Assembly: GCA_013265495.1 (NCBI GenBank)
Contig: MU058714.1
Location: 372,001-436,000 of the forward strand
Direction of reading: 5' to 3'
Source of the DNA: Vicugna vicugna
Lineage: Eukaryota
Length of the DNA stretch: 64,000 nucleotides
A program made the position numbers and the translations under genes. Under the pieces are notes generated by a model. The model saw nothing but the letters and a program-made list of their open reading frames with translations, was not told where the DNA came from and made no database searches. Below are positions 63,560-64,000 of this stretch, piece by piece (within the stretch, counting starts at the first letter, position 1; each line of letters opens with the position of its first letter).

Positions 63560-64000
63560 CCCCTGCATCTCCCCTTCCTCTTTTTCAGCCGAGCCCTGAT
63601 TTTTGGAGGGGAGCGATGTGCCTAGCTGAAAATACTCATCTTATGAGACTCTTCCACAGCTGGAGTTAGCTGTATGAGATGTGTGCAGGGCTGTCTAGAG
63701 ATTTCTGGGAAAGGTTTTGCTTTCCTGCTCTGGTGCTATTCCTTCCTCCTCCCCTCTTCCTTTTTTGCTGCTGAAAGCAGGGACTCAAGACCTGGAGATG
63801 CAGCAGCCTCCTTGCAGCCATGAGGATGTGCTGAGGGTGGCCAAGGAGGCTGAGCTCCAGATGGCAACAAGCAAGTGCTGGGTCAGCAGTGCCGCTGCCT
63901 GTCCAAGAGTTTCTCGGAGTTTCTTGTTGCGTGGGTTAGCTCCTTGCTGGTCTGAGCTGTAGTTTACCAGGTGTCCTGTTGCTTCCAACTGAAGGCATTT
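63560..64000 (+). mobile_element. Old MLT1 (MLT1J/K-like) LTR remnant
   Basis: ctggagatgcagcagcctccttgcagccatgagg...ctgttgcttccaactgaaggcat. Confidence 0.5.

Overview
Mammalian genomic DNA, GC-rich and CpG-island-dense. It is most likely camelid, because it carries two Vic-1-like tRNA-Ala-derived SINEs. The only protein-coding gene I can support is CBX4 (Polycomb PRC1 chromobox protein / SUMO E3 ligase Pc2) on the minus strand. Its five coding exons are 31062-30994, 30847-30804, 29669-29604, 27504-27438 and 27168-25765; they join in frame through GT-AG introns to give 549 aa. The 3'UTR runs to an ATTAAA at 25009-25014, and a 185-N assembly gap probably hides the TSS. The left 24 kb is non-coding sequence with orphan CpG islands; by human synteny, which I recall but cannot see here, it is the CBX8-CBX4 interval. 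The right 27 kb is mostly old interspersed repeats (L1M, L2, MIR, MER, MLT/LTR). The hundreds of other ORFs are best explained by GC-rich or antisense stop-codon depletion. I found no convincing new multi-gene system. The best leads are: (1) a 13-bp perfect inverted repeat of two identical CArG boxes in an orphan CpG island; (2) a 71-bp locally templated duplication inserted into an old hAT MITE; (3) overlapping miR-181, Pumilio and poly(A)-signal motifs at the CBX4 3' end; (4) a p53/p63-type element in CBX4 intron 2. Repeat family names are recalled from consensus sequences, and repeat boundaries are approximate.
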